The notes beneath the pieces were generated by a model that had not been told where the DNA came from, made no database searches, and saw only the letters and a list, made by a program, of their open reading frames with translations. 64,000 bases of DNA. Origin: a virus. How positions within the stretch are numbered: the first letter of the stretch is position 1; each line of letters begins with the position of its first letter. The DNA lies in the IMG/VR virus record IMGVR_UViG_3300043446_002688. One strand, written 5' to 3'. The position numbers and the translations under genes were made by a program. This document shows, in pieces, positions 55,081 to 64,000 of the stretch.

Positions 55081-57258
55081 ATGATTCTAAACAACGCACC
55101 ACAGGCAGAAGCTGTATTGTCAAATGTTGGCGAAATCGGTGAATTCCGCATCCGCAATTCTGCCAAGGCATTTAACATTCTATCTTCTGGTTTGTATGCC
55201 AACAAGATTAAAGCCATCATTCGTGAATTGTCATGCAATGCTGTGGACTCCCATGTTGCTGCAGGTAACACCGAACCTTTTGAAGTTCACCTGCCTACTG
55301 CAATAGAACCATTTTTCTCTATTCGTGATTTTGGCACAGGACTTAACCATGAGCAAGTCACCAATATCTACACCACCTATTTTGAGTCCACTAAGACTAA
55401 TAGCAATGCTTTCATTGGCGCCCTTGGTCTTGGTTCTAAGTCTCCATTTAGTTATACGGATAATTTCACCGTAACTGCTATCAAAGATGGCCACAAAGGC
55501 ATTTATTCTGCTTTCATTAATGGTGATGGTGTGCCTTCTATTGCTCTGATGGGTGAAGAAGATACAACCGAACCTGCTGGCGTAGAGATTAAATTCTCCG
55601 TGAATGAACGCAACGATTTTTACAAGTTTGAAGATGAGGCCAAAAAGGTTTATCGTTGGTTCAAACAACAACCAAAATTTACTGGTCGTGAATTGACCAT
55701 TGTTCCAATTGATTATGAAACCGAGGACATTATTCCTGGTGTTCATTCCATTTCTATGTCATCACGCTCTGTGGCTGTGATGGGTAATATTGCATATCCG
55801 ATTGAAGTGCCTAACGCTGACAAGAACCTTGAAGGTTTGAGTAAATTGTTGGAATGTGGCCTTGTCATGGAATTTGGCATCGGTGAGTTGGACTTCCAAG
55901 CAAGTCGTGAAGGTTTGTCCTACATTCCACAAACTGTTGATGCCATTAAAAACAAGTTGCAACAAGTTAATGATGCGTTGACTGATGTATTGGCCAAAGA
56001 AGCTGATGTGATTGACAACGCATGGACTCGTTCACAATTCCTGTATGGCAAGAAACGCAATGCGTTGTGGTCTGCTGCTGTGAATGATTATGCTTCCAAG
56101 AACAACACACCATTGTTTGAACCTAAGACACAATGGTCTAGTGATTATTCTATTGATATGCGTTTGTCTGATGCAGCCAAATTTAATATTGCATTGAGTG
56201 GTTTTCACATTTATCGTGGCGAAAAACTTGCCAAGAACATGAAGATTGCTTCAAAAAACTTTGGTAACAAATATGATGACGGCACTACAAAAATAGAGGA
56301 ATACATTTCCTTTTCGGTAATACCAAATGTTTTCTTCATTGCAAACGACACAAAGGTTGGTTCATTAGAGCGTGCTAAACAACACTTCCGTGCTAACCCA
56401 GACAAAAATTCTAGTTTCCGTTATGCTGTCTTGTTGAATAAAATTGACAAGAACAAAGAAATGGATTTGAAAGGTTTTTATGACCTCATTCAAAATCCAC
56501 CAGATGCACAACGCATGGTCGTATCACAATTAGATGAACGCCAACGCAAATCAGGCGGTAATGGTTTCGGTAAAAATGTGAACATTATGAAAGTTGAAGA
56601 GCGTGGCGGCAGTGCATGGCATAGTTCTTCAAAAGATTATGTGTGGCGGGCAGCTGATACATTGGACAAATTTGATGACAACACCACATATTACTATATG
56701 CCGTTGAAAGGTTTTCAACCATTGTGGAATTCCATGAAGTATTATTATTCTGTACAAGATTTTGTTGCCTGTTTGAAGAATACCAGACTGCCTGAATTCC
56801 AGGTTCAAGTGTATGGTGTCCGTAAAGGTGACCTGCCTGCCATCCAATCCAAGAAGAATTGGGTGAATGTGGAATCCTTTGTCAAGGGTAATATTGAAAA
56901 GATTGCCGACAAAGTGGTATTAACCGAAGTTGTTTCATCGCTTGACAGACATGTACTTTTTGAGTATAATTACCAAAAACTGCATGATGTTGTTGTTAAC
57001 GATAAAAGTCCTGCAAAGATTTTGCTTGCTGACATGGCTGGTCTACCTGAAATGAGTGGACATCGTTCATTGAAAAATCTGATGCAACTTTTTGGTATTG
57101 AATCAAAGCTCGTTGCTACTGATTTGATTAGTAAGTATAAAACAATTCTGAAAGAATTTAGTGACCGTTACCCTCTGGTCAATAAATTCTCCACTTCAGC
57201 AAAAGAGGGTGATGTTGGTGAGTATATTAATTTAATTGACACAGTGAAAGGTGTTTGA
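55081..57258 (+). CDS. rIIA: rIIA protein (GHKL N-terminus)
   Basis: LYANKIKAIIRELSCNAVDSH, RDFGTG, GLGSKSPF. Confidence 0.95.
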   Translation: MILNNAPQAEAVLSNVGEIGEFRIRNSAKAFNILSSGLYANKIKAIIRELSCNAVDSHVAAGNTEPFEVHLPTAIEPFFSIRDFGTGLNHEQVTNIYTTYFESTKTNSNAFIGALGLGSKSPFSYTDNFTVTAIKDGHKGIYSAFINGDGVPSIALMGEEDTTEPAGVEIKFSVNERNDFYKFEDEAKKVYRWFKQQPKFTGRELTIVPIDYETEDIIPGVHSISMSSRSVAVMGNIAYPIEVPNADKNLEGLSKLLECGLVMEFGIGELDFQASREGLSYIPQTVDAIKNKLQQVNDALTDVLAKEADVIDNAWTRSQFLYGKKRNALWSAAVNDYASKNNTPLFEPKTQWSSDYSIDMRLSDAAKFNIALSGFHIYRGEKLAKNMKIASKNFGNKYDDGTTKIEEYISFSVIPNVFFIANDTKVGSLERAKQHFRANPDKNSSFRYAVLLNKIDKNKEMDLKGFYDLIQNPPDAQRMVVSQLDERQRKSGGNGFGKNVNIMKVEERGGSAWHSSSKDYVWRAADTLDKFDDNTTYYYMPLKGFQPLWNSMKYYYSVQDFVACLKNTRLPEFQVQVYGVRKGDLPAIQSKKNWVNVESFVKGNIEKIADKVVLTEVVSSLDRHVLFEYNYQKLHDVVVNDKSPAKILLADMAGLPEMSGHRSLKNLMQLFGIESKLVATDLISKYKTILKEFSDRYPLVNKFSTSAKEGDVGEYINLIDTVKGV

Positions 57259-57259
57259 A

Positions 57260-58042
57260 ATGTTTCCGTATCTGATTCAAGGTAATAACGTTGTGGTCGT
57301 TATCAAAAATAAACCACATACAATTAGCAAAACCCACATCACTTATCAAAAAGTGGTTGATGCTATCAAGGCTGCCGATTGGCAGACTGTCGAGAACATT
57401 ATTGATCCTAAGAAGGTCGTGTTGAACTATGGCAATGGCAATGTGGCAATCCAAGGCGATAAGTTGTTTTGGAAAGGTACTGAAATGCACGGTGCCATTG
57501 TTAAACGCATGGTGCAAATGTTGCAAGAAGGTTTCCCAGTTGAACCATTGGTTAACTTCATGGACAACATGATGCAAAACCCATCGTACCGTTCAGTAAA
57601 TGAATTGTATGGTTTCTTGGAAAAGAATAACCTGCCAATTACACCTGATGGTCATTTCTTGGCATACAAAAAAGTCCGTGATGACTACAAGGATGTTTAC
57701 TCTGGTAAGTTTGACAACTCTGTTGGTCAAATCGTGGAGATGGAACGCAACCAAGTTAATGATGATGCACGACAAACCTGCTCGGCTGGTTTGCACTTCT
57801 GCTCAGAAGGTTATCTTGGCCACTTTGGTGGTGCTCGTGTGATGATTCTTAAAATCAATCCTCGTGATGTTGTATCCATTCCAACCGATTACGACAACAG
57901 CAAGGGTCGTGCCTGCCGTTATGAGGTTGTTGGTGAAGTTGGTGTAAATCCTGATGATGAGGTAGAATTTACCGCTCCTGTGCAGGACAATGCCAATTCT
58001 TGGAACCAAGAACAAGACACCATTGTTACCAATTTTGGTTAA
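57260..58042 (+). CDS. rIIB: rIIB protein
   Basis: ITPDG..LAYK, CSAGLH, KGRACRYEV; follows rIIA. Confidence 0.93.
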   Translation: MFPYLIQGNNVVVVIKNKPHTISKTHITYQKVVDAIKAADWQTVENIIDPKKVVLNYGNGNVAIQGDKLFWKGTEMHGAIVKRMVQMLQEGFPVEPLVNFMDNMMQNPSYRSVNELYGFLEKNNLPITPDGHFLAYKKVRDDYKDVYSGKFDNSVGQIVEMERNQVNDDARQTCSAGLHFCSEGYLGHFGGARVMILKINPRDVVSIPTDYDNSKGRACRYEVVGEVGVNPDDEVEFTAPVQDNANSWNQEQDTIVTNFG

Positions 58043-58050
58043 AAAGTAAC

Positions 58051-58079
58051 TTGCCAACCTAGTGTTGGCATGTTACAAT
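58051..58079 (+). promoter_or_regulatory. Early promoter
   Basis: TTGCCA-17-TACAAT. Confidence 0.72.
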
Positions 58080-58106
58080 ACATTTTTTGTTTGAGAGAGT
58101 TTTGTT

Positions 58107-59234
58107 ATGACATATTTTTTGAAGAATGGTAATACTTACCGTGTGGCAACCAAAGAAGCAATGGACTTGCATGAGACATTGCCTGCTGGTAACTATGTGG
58201 TCAAGCAGATGCCTATGGAAGGTCCATTGTACCTTGAACAAATTGATTCGTTTGATTCACCAAAGAAAATGTATGGTGATGTTCAAACAAGAACCGACCG
58301 TATCATTGGTACATTCTTGAACCGTGATAAATCCACTGGTGTATTGCTGACTGGCGAAAAAGGTTCTGGTAAAACCATGTTGAGCAAGAATATCTGTATT
58401 CAATTGGCTGCACAACATGCCGTGCCAACTATTGTTATCAACGCACCATGGCATGGTGATTCTTTCAATACATTCATTCAATCTATTGAACAACCATGTG
58501 TTGTGTTGTTTGATGAGTTTGAAAAAGTGTATGACCGTGAACAACAAGAATCTATGTTGACCTTGTTGGATGGTATCTACTCTAGCAAGAAATTGTTCCT
58601 GTTGACCTGTAACGACAAATGGCGTGTTGATAGTCATATGCGTAACCGTCCAGGTCGTATCTTCTATTACTTGAACTTCACTGGTTTGGATTCAGAATTC
58701 ATCCGTGAATACTGTGAAGATAACCTAAAGAATAAATCACACATTGATAAACTGGTGAGCATTACTTCCGTATTCTCAGCATTCAACTTTGATATGTTGA
58801 AGGCTACTGTTGAAGAAATGAACCGTTACGATGAAACACCAAACCAAGCATTGACCATTCTTAATGTGAAGGCAGAGTTTGATAGTGGTACATCATATGA
58901 GGTTGAGGCATACCGTGGTGAACACAAAGCGGAACGCCTGAGTCCATCCATTTGGACTGGTACACCATTGGCAAATGATGATATCAGCTTGAATATGTTT
59001 TTCAAGGCACCAAAAGGTTACGATGAAGATGGAACAGCGCCTTCTCTTGCTGATATGAGAGCAATGACAGGAACTGAAACTGGTCTTGAATATGGTTGGA
59101 TTGATGAAGAATTCGCCGCAGGTGACTTGATTAAGTTTGATTCTAAGTCAGGCAAATTCATCTTTGAGAAGAATGGTTTGACCGTAATTCTTTCTCGTAT
59201 GAAAACCCGTTCTTACAACTTTGATGCGTTCTGA
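58107..59234 (+). CDS. AAA+ ATPase
   Basis: GEKGSGKT, LFDEFEK, NRPGRI. Confidence 0.9.
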   Translation: MTYFLKNGNTYRVATKEAMDLHETLPAGNYVVKQMPMEGPLYLEQIDSFDSPKKMYGDVQTRTDRIIGTFLNRDKSTGVLLTGEKGSGKTMLSKNICIQLAAQHAVPTIVINAPWHGDSFNTFIQSIEQPCVVLFDEFEKVYDREQQESMLTLLDGIYSSKKLFLLTCNDKWRVDSHMRNRPGRIFYYLNFTGLDSEFIREYCEDNLKNKSHIDKLVSITSVFSAFNFDMLKATVEEMNRYDETPNQALTILNVKAEFDSGTSYEVEAYRGEHKAERLSPSIWTGTPLANDDISLNMFFKAPKGYDEDGTAPSLADMRAMTGTETGLEYGWIDEEFAAGDLIKFDSKSGKFIFEKNGLTVILSRMKTRSYNFDAF

Positions 59235-59479
59235 TGTTTAATTTCTTCAAAAAAAAGGATATAGAAAATGTGGTTGGTAAACAACCACCTTATCCTATAC
59301 TTGACAATTATGCAAAAGAGGCAGGTGCCGTTAGAGACCCTAACGGTTACTATATGTTCACACCATATGAACTGTGGGAATTTACTCTATATATTTTAAG
59401 TGATACTTATGTCATGTGTAAACAAAACCCTGATATCACAAGCAAGGAAGTTATGGATGAATTCAAGGAGCCAATATGA
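59234..59479 (+). CDS. Hypothetical protein
   Basis: TGATG overlap. Confidence 0.7.
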   Translation: MFNFFKKKDIENVVGKQPPYPILDNYAKEAGAVRDPNGYYMFTPYELWEFTLYILSDTYVMCKQNPDITSKEVMDEFKEPI

Positions 59480-59745
59480 GTGACCAAGAACAAAAAGATA
59501 AAAGAAGTAAACGCCTGCATAGTGAAGAAGCAGCAATCAAGAAACAACAAAAGATTGCTCTTCAACACGGCATGGACCGTAAAGAAGTTGAGCGTTCACC
59601 TCATAAATTTGCAAAGCACCATGCAATGGATTGTGGAAACCCCGAATGTGGAATGTGCGGCAATCCACGCAAGACACAAAAAGATAAATTAACTGTGCAA
59701 GAAAAATCGTTCAAACAAACTGAAGGTTGGAATAATGTTGAATAG
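59476..59745 (+). CDS. Basic zinc-binding protein
   Basis: KHH..CGNPECGMC.NPR. Confidence 0.75.
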   Translation: MSDQEQKDKRSKRLHSEEAAIKKQQKIALQHGMDRKEVERSPHKFAKHHAMDCGNPECGMCGNPRKTQKDKLTVQEKSFKQTEGWNNVE

Positions 59746-60880
59746 AAACCAAATGGCCTTTGTTAAGGCTGCTGAAGATATGTTTGGTGTTGGTGCGGTG
59801 ATTACCCGTGAAAACATTGAACAAGTTGTTACTAAAAACAAGTTGTCATTCCCTTATTGGATTACAACCAAATCGGAGTTCCGTGTCGGCCGTGGCCAAT
59901 ACAAACTGCCTGTTGTTGGTGCCAAAGTTGTTGAACAAGAACCTGAAATGGAAGTTGCACTATCGGCACAAGTGTTGGAGTTTCGTCAACCAAAATTGAT
60001 TGATGATTCTGATGTATCAATTCCCACAAAATATCCTGATTATGTTCCATTTGGATTTTACAAAGACCTCTCTAATATTATTAACTCTGGTACATTCTAC
60101 CCTGTGTTTATTACTGGCTTGTCAGGTAACGGGAAAACCCTTATGGTTGAGCAAGTATGTGCAACCCTCGGCCGTGAATGTATCCGTGTCAACATCTCAA
60201 TTGAAACTGATGAAACTGACCTATTGGGTGGTCCTACTCTTGTTAATGGCAACGTCGTTAACCGTGATGGTCCTGTTATCACTGCTATGAAGCGTGGTGC
60301 CGTTCTATTGATTGATGAAGTTGACCGTGGTTCTAATAAGTTGATGTGTTTGCAAGGTATCTTAGAAGGCAAACCACACTTCAATAAAAAGTCTGGTGAG
60401 TTGGTTAAACCTGCACCTGGTTTCACTGTGATTGCTACTGCAAACACCAAAGGTCGTGGTAGTGAAGAAGGTAAATACTTGTCACAGATTTTGGATGATG
60501 CGTTCTTGGAACGATTCCCAATTACTGTTGAACAGGAATATCCTGATGCCAAGACAGAGAAAAAGATTCTAACACCTTTGATTAAAGATGCGGAGTTTGT
60601 TGAATGCCTAACACAATGGGCAGATATTGTACGACAAACATTCCAACAAGGTGCTGTTGATGAAATTATCTCCACCCGCCGTTTGGTCCACATTGCCAAG
60701 GCATATTCTATTTTCAAAGATAGAATGAAGGCAATCAAATTGTGTGTGGCTCGTTTTGATGATGAGACTAAAGAAGCATTCATGGACTTGTATTCAAAGG
60801 TTGATGCTAAGGTGAATCCCCCGCCAAAGCCAGCAGAACCTGAAATCCGAGTTACACCAAGCGAAGAAATCCCATTCTAA
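59735..60880 (+). CDS. CobS/MoxR-family AAA+ ATPase
   Basis: GLSGNGKT, LLIDE, ATANTKG, AFLERF, STRRL. Confidence 0.9.
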   Translation: MLNRNQMAFVKAAEDMFGVGAVITRENIEQVVTKNKLSFPYWITTKSEFRVGRGQYKLPVVGAKVVEQEPEMEVALSAQVLEFRQPKLIDDSDVSIPTKYPDYVPFGFYKDLSNIINSGTFYPVFITGLSGNGKTLMVEQVCATLGRECIRVNISIETDETDLLGGPTLVNGNVVNRDGPVITAMKRGAVLLIDEVDRGSNKLMCLQGILEGKPHFNKKSGELVKPAPGFTVIATANTKGRGSEEGKYLSQILDDAFLERFPITVEQEYPDAKTEKKILTPLIKDAEFVECLTQWADIVRQTFQQGAVDEIISTRRLVHIAKAYSIFKDRMKAIKLCVARFDDETKEAFMDLYSKVDAKVNPPPKPAEPEIRVTPSEEIPF

Positions 60881-60894
60881 CCTCGCATGGATGG

Positions 60895-60923
60895 TTGCCA
60901 ACATGCCATCCTTGTGATATAAT
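60895..60923 (+). promoter_or_regulatory. Early promoter
   Basis: TTGCCA-17-TATAAT. Confidence 0.78.
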
Positions 60924-60965
60924 CCATGTTGGAAATTTTATTATTTGATTTTTGGAGGACATAAA

Positions 60966-61280
60966 ATGTCAAAACACACTGGTAAACCTAACCGTCACGA
61001 AAAAGTTGCAGTCACCTTGCTGTCTGGCAAACCTGTTACACCTGATGAAATTCAGGCAGTATTCAAAGGCACAGACCAAGAGAAGGTAATGTATCGTCTA
61101 AGCACCAACATTTACAACATTCGCAAGGATGGCGGCATTGTTAAAGTGATTAAAGATGGTCGTAAGGTTCAGGCATATCAATTGGTGAATTACACCGAGT
61201 TTGATGCAAATGGTCGTTATGTTGGCAAACAAACACCTGCGCCAGTTGCACAAGAAACCAAAGAGACTGAAACAGCATGA
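60966..61280 (+). CDS. Winged helix-turn-helix-like protein
   Basis: GGAGG RBS; VTPDEI...RLSTNIYNIRKDG...YQL. Confidence 0.6.
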   Translation: MSKHTGKPNRHEKVAVTLLSGKPVTPDEIQAVFKGTDQEKVMYRLSTNIYNIRKDGGIVKVIKDGRKVQAYQLVNYTEFDANGRYVGKQTPAPVAQETKETETA

Positions 61281-61480
61281 GCGAAATGATTGGTAAAATC
61301 GTAATGGCGGTCGGCCTTGTTGCCGGCCTTTCGTTTCTACTTTCGTGGCCAGTTTATATGTTGTGGAACGGGTGCCTTGTTGATGCAGTTGAAGGTGTGA
61401 AAGAAGTCACCTGGTTGCAGGCATGGGGTATCAATCTACTATTCGGTTTCCTGTTCAAAACAAGTGTATCAAACAAATGA
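61277..61480 (+). CDS. Small membrane protein
   Basis: WLQAWGI..LF. Confidence 0.72.
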   Translation: MSEMIGKIVMAVGLVAGLSFLLSWPVYMLWNGCLVDAVEGVKEVTWLQAWGINLLFGFLFKTSVSNK

Positions 61481-61710
61481 ACCAACACGACCGTGACAAT
61501 TTAAATTTTCTGATGAATTGTTCACAGGACAAATTTGATGAGTGGATGGATAATGCAACACCAGATGATGTTGATTATGCATTGGAGTTGTTTCAAAAGG
61601 CCAAATCTGAAACCATATTGATGCAACATGAATTGTTGGATTTTGTGGAATTGGATTTGACCGAAGCCAATAAATTAATTGATAGGATTAAAAATGTGGG
61701 AAAACTTTAA
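61477..61710 (+). CDS. Conserved phage protein
   Basis: DRDNLNFL...DD.DYALEL. Confidence 0.75.
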   Translation: MNQHDRDNLNFLMNCSQDKFDEWMDNATPDDVDYALELFQKAKSETILMQHELLDFVELDLTEANKLIDRIKNVGKL

Positions 61711-61861
61711 GGAGTGGTTACAAACCACAGACAGTTGCTGGTTCTTCATAGGATACTTCCTATGCGATTTCCTAGACCAGTTGATAAAAGGGAACAACCT
61801 ATCGGCAACCGCCGCATTGGCAATCGTCCTAGGTAACGCCTGGTTAATAAGACAAAAGTAG
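61694..61861 (+). CDS. Small membrane protein
   Basis: AGGA RBS; hydrophobic. Confidence 0.62.
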   Translation: MWENFKEWLQTTDSCWFFIGYFLCDFLDQLIKGNNLSATAALAIVLGNAWLIRQK

Positions 61862-61864
61862 TAC

Positions 61865-61892
61865 TTGCCAAACCTACCAGATTTGATATAAT
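61865..61892 (+). promoter_or_regulatory. Early promoter
   Basis: TTGCCA-16-TATAAT. Confidence 0.75.
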
Positions 61893-61919
61893 CCTTTCAT
61901 GTTTGTGAAGGACTTTGTT

Positions 61920-62165
61920 ATGAAATATCTTGCCCTATTAACCTTGCTCGGCCTCACGGCCTGTGGCACTTCTAAAATCCCTGGTTACGATGGACCAAAA
62001 GCAATGGATCGTCCTGCCGTAATTGCAGGCGCTCGTGATTGTATCAATGGTCGTATGAAACCAACGGTACAATATCTATCACAAAAAACAGAACATGGTG
62101 TTGTCCTTGTTCCTGTACAGGTACATTGCGACCCATATTACCAACACAACCAAAAAGGAGAATAA
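61920..62165 (+). CDS. Lipoprotein
   Basis: Lipobox LTAC; two further Cys. Confidence 0.78.
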   Translation: MKYLALLTLLGLTACGTSKIPGYDGPKAMDRPAVIAGARDCINGRMKPTVQYLSQKTEHGVVLVPVQVHCDPYYQHNQKGE

Positions 62166-62166
62166 T

Positions 62167-62655
62167 ATGTCTCCAGCAATGAACGCTCTTGCTAGTGTTG
62201 GCATCACACATTCAATGATGATTCTTGCCGTACTATTTTTAGTTGCGGCTGTTTGTATTGGAATGTATTGGCATATCATTTTGCCAGGTGCCATTATGAT
62301 TGGTGTTGCTGCTCTGTTTATTTCACCAATGGATTCGACCACACAGGCGAAACCAGAGGTGAAAGAAGAGGTGATGACCGAAGACCAAACAGCATTCATG
62401 GAAGATTGTACCGGTCTTGCGGATTATCCAAAAGACAAGTGTGCCAAGTTATGGCAAGAACGGGTGATTGAAGAAAAGGCATTGGAGAAAATGCAACCAT
62501 TATCTGTTCCTGAAAAAATTACCGAAAATAATGTTGACTTCAAGCCAGTATCTCATGTAGAATTGCTGAATGTTGATAATGTTGAATACAAAGCTCGCCG
62601 TGCAGAAGCATTGAAGAAACCCAATGCTGTTGTATTGCAGGCAACCTATCGTTAA
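62167..62655 (+). CDS. Membrane-anchored periplasmic protein
   Basis: AAAGGAG RBS; two TMs; C-x10-C. Confidence 0.78.
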   Translation: MSPAMNALASVGITHSMMILAVLFLVAAVCIGMYWHIILPGAIMIGVAALFISPMDSTTQAKPEVKEEVMTEDQTAFMEDCTGLADYPKDKCAKLWQERVIEEKALEKMQPLSVPEKITENNVDFKPVSHVELLNVDNVEYKARRAEALKKPNAVVLQATYR

Positions 62656-62664
62656 GGAGTTATT

Positions 62665-62940
62665 ATGGTTCAAGTTGTAAAGAGTGAGTGGCATCAGGTC
62701 GAAAAGCGATATGATTATGAGCTCGATGAAATATTGTTGAGTGAAATTTATCCCGATTTATCAGAGGATGAAATTGCACAATTACTTCAAAACCTAGAAT
62801 CAGGTGATGCCAGTATTGAAGATATCATTGAAGATGCTTGGGAGAATGATGTGGATATCGAATGGAATTACATGGATGAAGATGATTGGTGGACTGACCG
62901 CAAAGGTGGTTACGAAGTAACTTATGAGGTACAGAAATAA
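62665..62940 (+). CDS. Acidic hypothetical protein
   Basis: K.EWHQV...DDWWTDRKGGY. Confidence 0.78.
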   Translation: MVQVVKSEWHQVEKRYDYELDEILLSEIYPDLSEDEIAQLLQNLESGDASIEDIIEDAWENDVDIEWNYMDEDDWWTDRKGGYEVTYEVQK

Positions 62941-63275
62941 TGTTAAAACTTTATCGTGGTATTGTGGATATTCTTACTGAAAGATCCGAAGGTTTGACCT
63001 TGGCATTCAGAAACCATATTCGTGAATTTAATGATGGTGCAACAAACGACAATAATTTTGGTGTGAAAGGTTTTTGGAATCTTTTGCTTGAAATTACATA
63101 TGTGATGTATGTGAAATTGTTTGTTGCTGTTGGTGTCGTATTAACTGTAACTCTTGCTATACTATTCTTTCCTTTGTATGCAATGAGCATGGCTATTAAT
63201 AATATTATGTCGCATCGTGCGCCACCATTTGAACCTGAATATGTTGAACCAACTGTGGAGAAAAAGAATGGCTGA
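62940..63275 (+). CDS. Membrane protein
   Basis: TAATG overlap; one long TM. Confidence 0.72.
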   Translation: MLKLYRGIVDILTERSEGLTLAFRNHIREFNDGATNDNNFGVKGFWNLLLEITYVMYVKLFVAVGVVLTVTLAILFFPLYAMSMAINNIMSHRAPPFEPEYVEPTVEKKNG

Positions 63276-63648
63276 GTGGAGTGTAAAACCTATATGGAAA
63301 AAATCAATCATTGAACGCCAAGAATGGTTGAAAGGTGACAATCGTTTGATTGTTGAAACTGGTTGGCGTTGGGGTGAATTCACAGTATACACCGATGATG
63401 ACAATCCACCAGAATTGGAACCAGGTGTTGATATGTTCAACTGTGGTTATGAATCTGAAATGGTTGAAACCAGTGATGGTTGTTGGGAAGAACATGACAT
63501 GGACGAATGTGATGATGAAACCCGTGAATGGTTGGAAGAATTCTTGGAAGAAAATTCAGTATTTGACCTTGAAGAAGAAGGTTGGATTCCAGGTGATACT
63601 GAAATGATTATTGATTGTGATATGACTATTGAGCGTGTCGATGCCTGA
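63268..63648 (+). CDS. Very acidic conserved phage protein
   Basis: W.V.P..KKS...E.GWRWG. Confidence 0.78.
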   Translation: MAEWSVKPIWKKSIIERQEWLKGDNRLIVETGWRWGEFTVYTDDDNPPELEPGVDMFNCGYESEMVETSDGCWEEHDMDECDDETREWLEEFLEENSVFDLEEEGWIPGDTEMIIDCDMTIERVDA

Positions 63649-64000
63649 CAAACTACAATTTAGTGCCCTTGAAATTGAAAGAATACTTAAAGTGAAGGAT
63701 GTAATAAAATATAATTTACATGACTTCACTTTGACTATTAATAAATTGGGACCACTTTTCATAACAGATTTTTTTGTGAGTGGTGGATGCACAGCCTCAA
63801 TTCTTCAAGGTGAAAAACCAAAAGATTTTGACGTGTATTTCCGCACAAGAAATTTGTGTGACAAAGTGGTTGAATTGTATCAGACGGACTCATATAAAAA
63901 TGAGGTGGCTGTATATGATGAAAAGTATCGTGATGTACCGAATCATCCAAGTGGTTTGTTAATCACCGAGAATGCTATGACATTAAAGAATGGCATTCAG
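63641..64000 (+). CDS. Pol-beta-superfamily nucleotidyltransferase, truncated at window end
   Basis: VSGGC.AS...PKDFDVYF (GG...DxD); frame open to window end. Confidence 0.7.
   Translation, partial: MPDKLQFSALEIERILKVKDVIKYNLHDFTLTINKLGPLFITDFFVSGGCTASILQGEKPKDFDVYFRTRNLCDKVVELYQTDSYKNEVAVYDEKYRDVPNHPSGLLITENAMTLKNGIQ

Noticed and set aside
1-64000. CRISPR array, integrase or transposase
   Set aside because: No repeat-spacer periodicity and no such motifs seen; the AATAC motif copies are irregularly spaced
1-64000. Stop-codon reassignment
   Set aside because: Core genes are intact under code 11, TGA and TAA act as coupled stops, and no suppressor tRNA is present

Overview
A 64-kb segment of a large, AT-rich (spot counts about 35% GC) T4-like myovirus genome. 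The host is Gram-negative, inferred from spanins, lipoproteins and sigma70-type promoters. In order, the window holds: (i) a tRNA array (12 canonical tRNAs plus one D-arm-less tRNA-Gly-like RNA), groES and a minus-strand operon with a PBP7-like peptidase; (ii) the replication block gp43-uvsX-gp40-gp41, then a DUF4338/Mom-like protein and a PD-(D/E)xK nuclease; (iii) an 8-gene glycosylation cluster; (iv) late head-internal proteins with T4-type capsid-targeting N-termini, including a ligase-fold enzyme and a nucleotidyltransferase-kinase fusion; (v) a clustered lysis cassette; (vi) primase, thyX, nrdA/trx/nrdB, a GIY-YIG nuclease and RNase H; (vii) a strand-switch locus at 43.3-46.2 kb with a G-quadruplex-like convergence site, a GC-richer inverted island of single-gene promoter cassettes, six DnaA boxes and many copies of an AATAC-N4-GTATT pseudo-palindrome; and (viii) a long early region of small ORFs with rIIA/rIIB, AAA ATPases and a CobS/MoxR ATPase. 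The best candidates for new biology are the D-armless glycyl-tRNA mimic, the DnaA-box/operator locus, the putatively virion-packaged ligase-fold plus NadR-like enzyme pair, an ArfA-like ribosome-rescue peptide and an orphan Xre/MbcA/ParS-type antitoxin domain. All family assignments come from motif recognition by eye; no searches were run.
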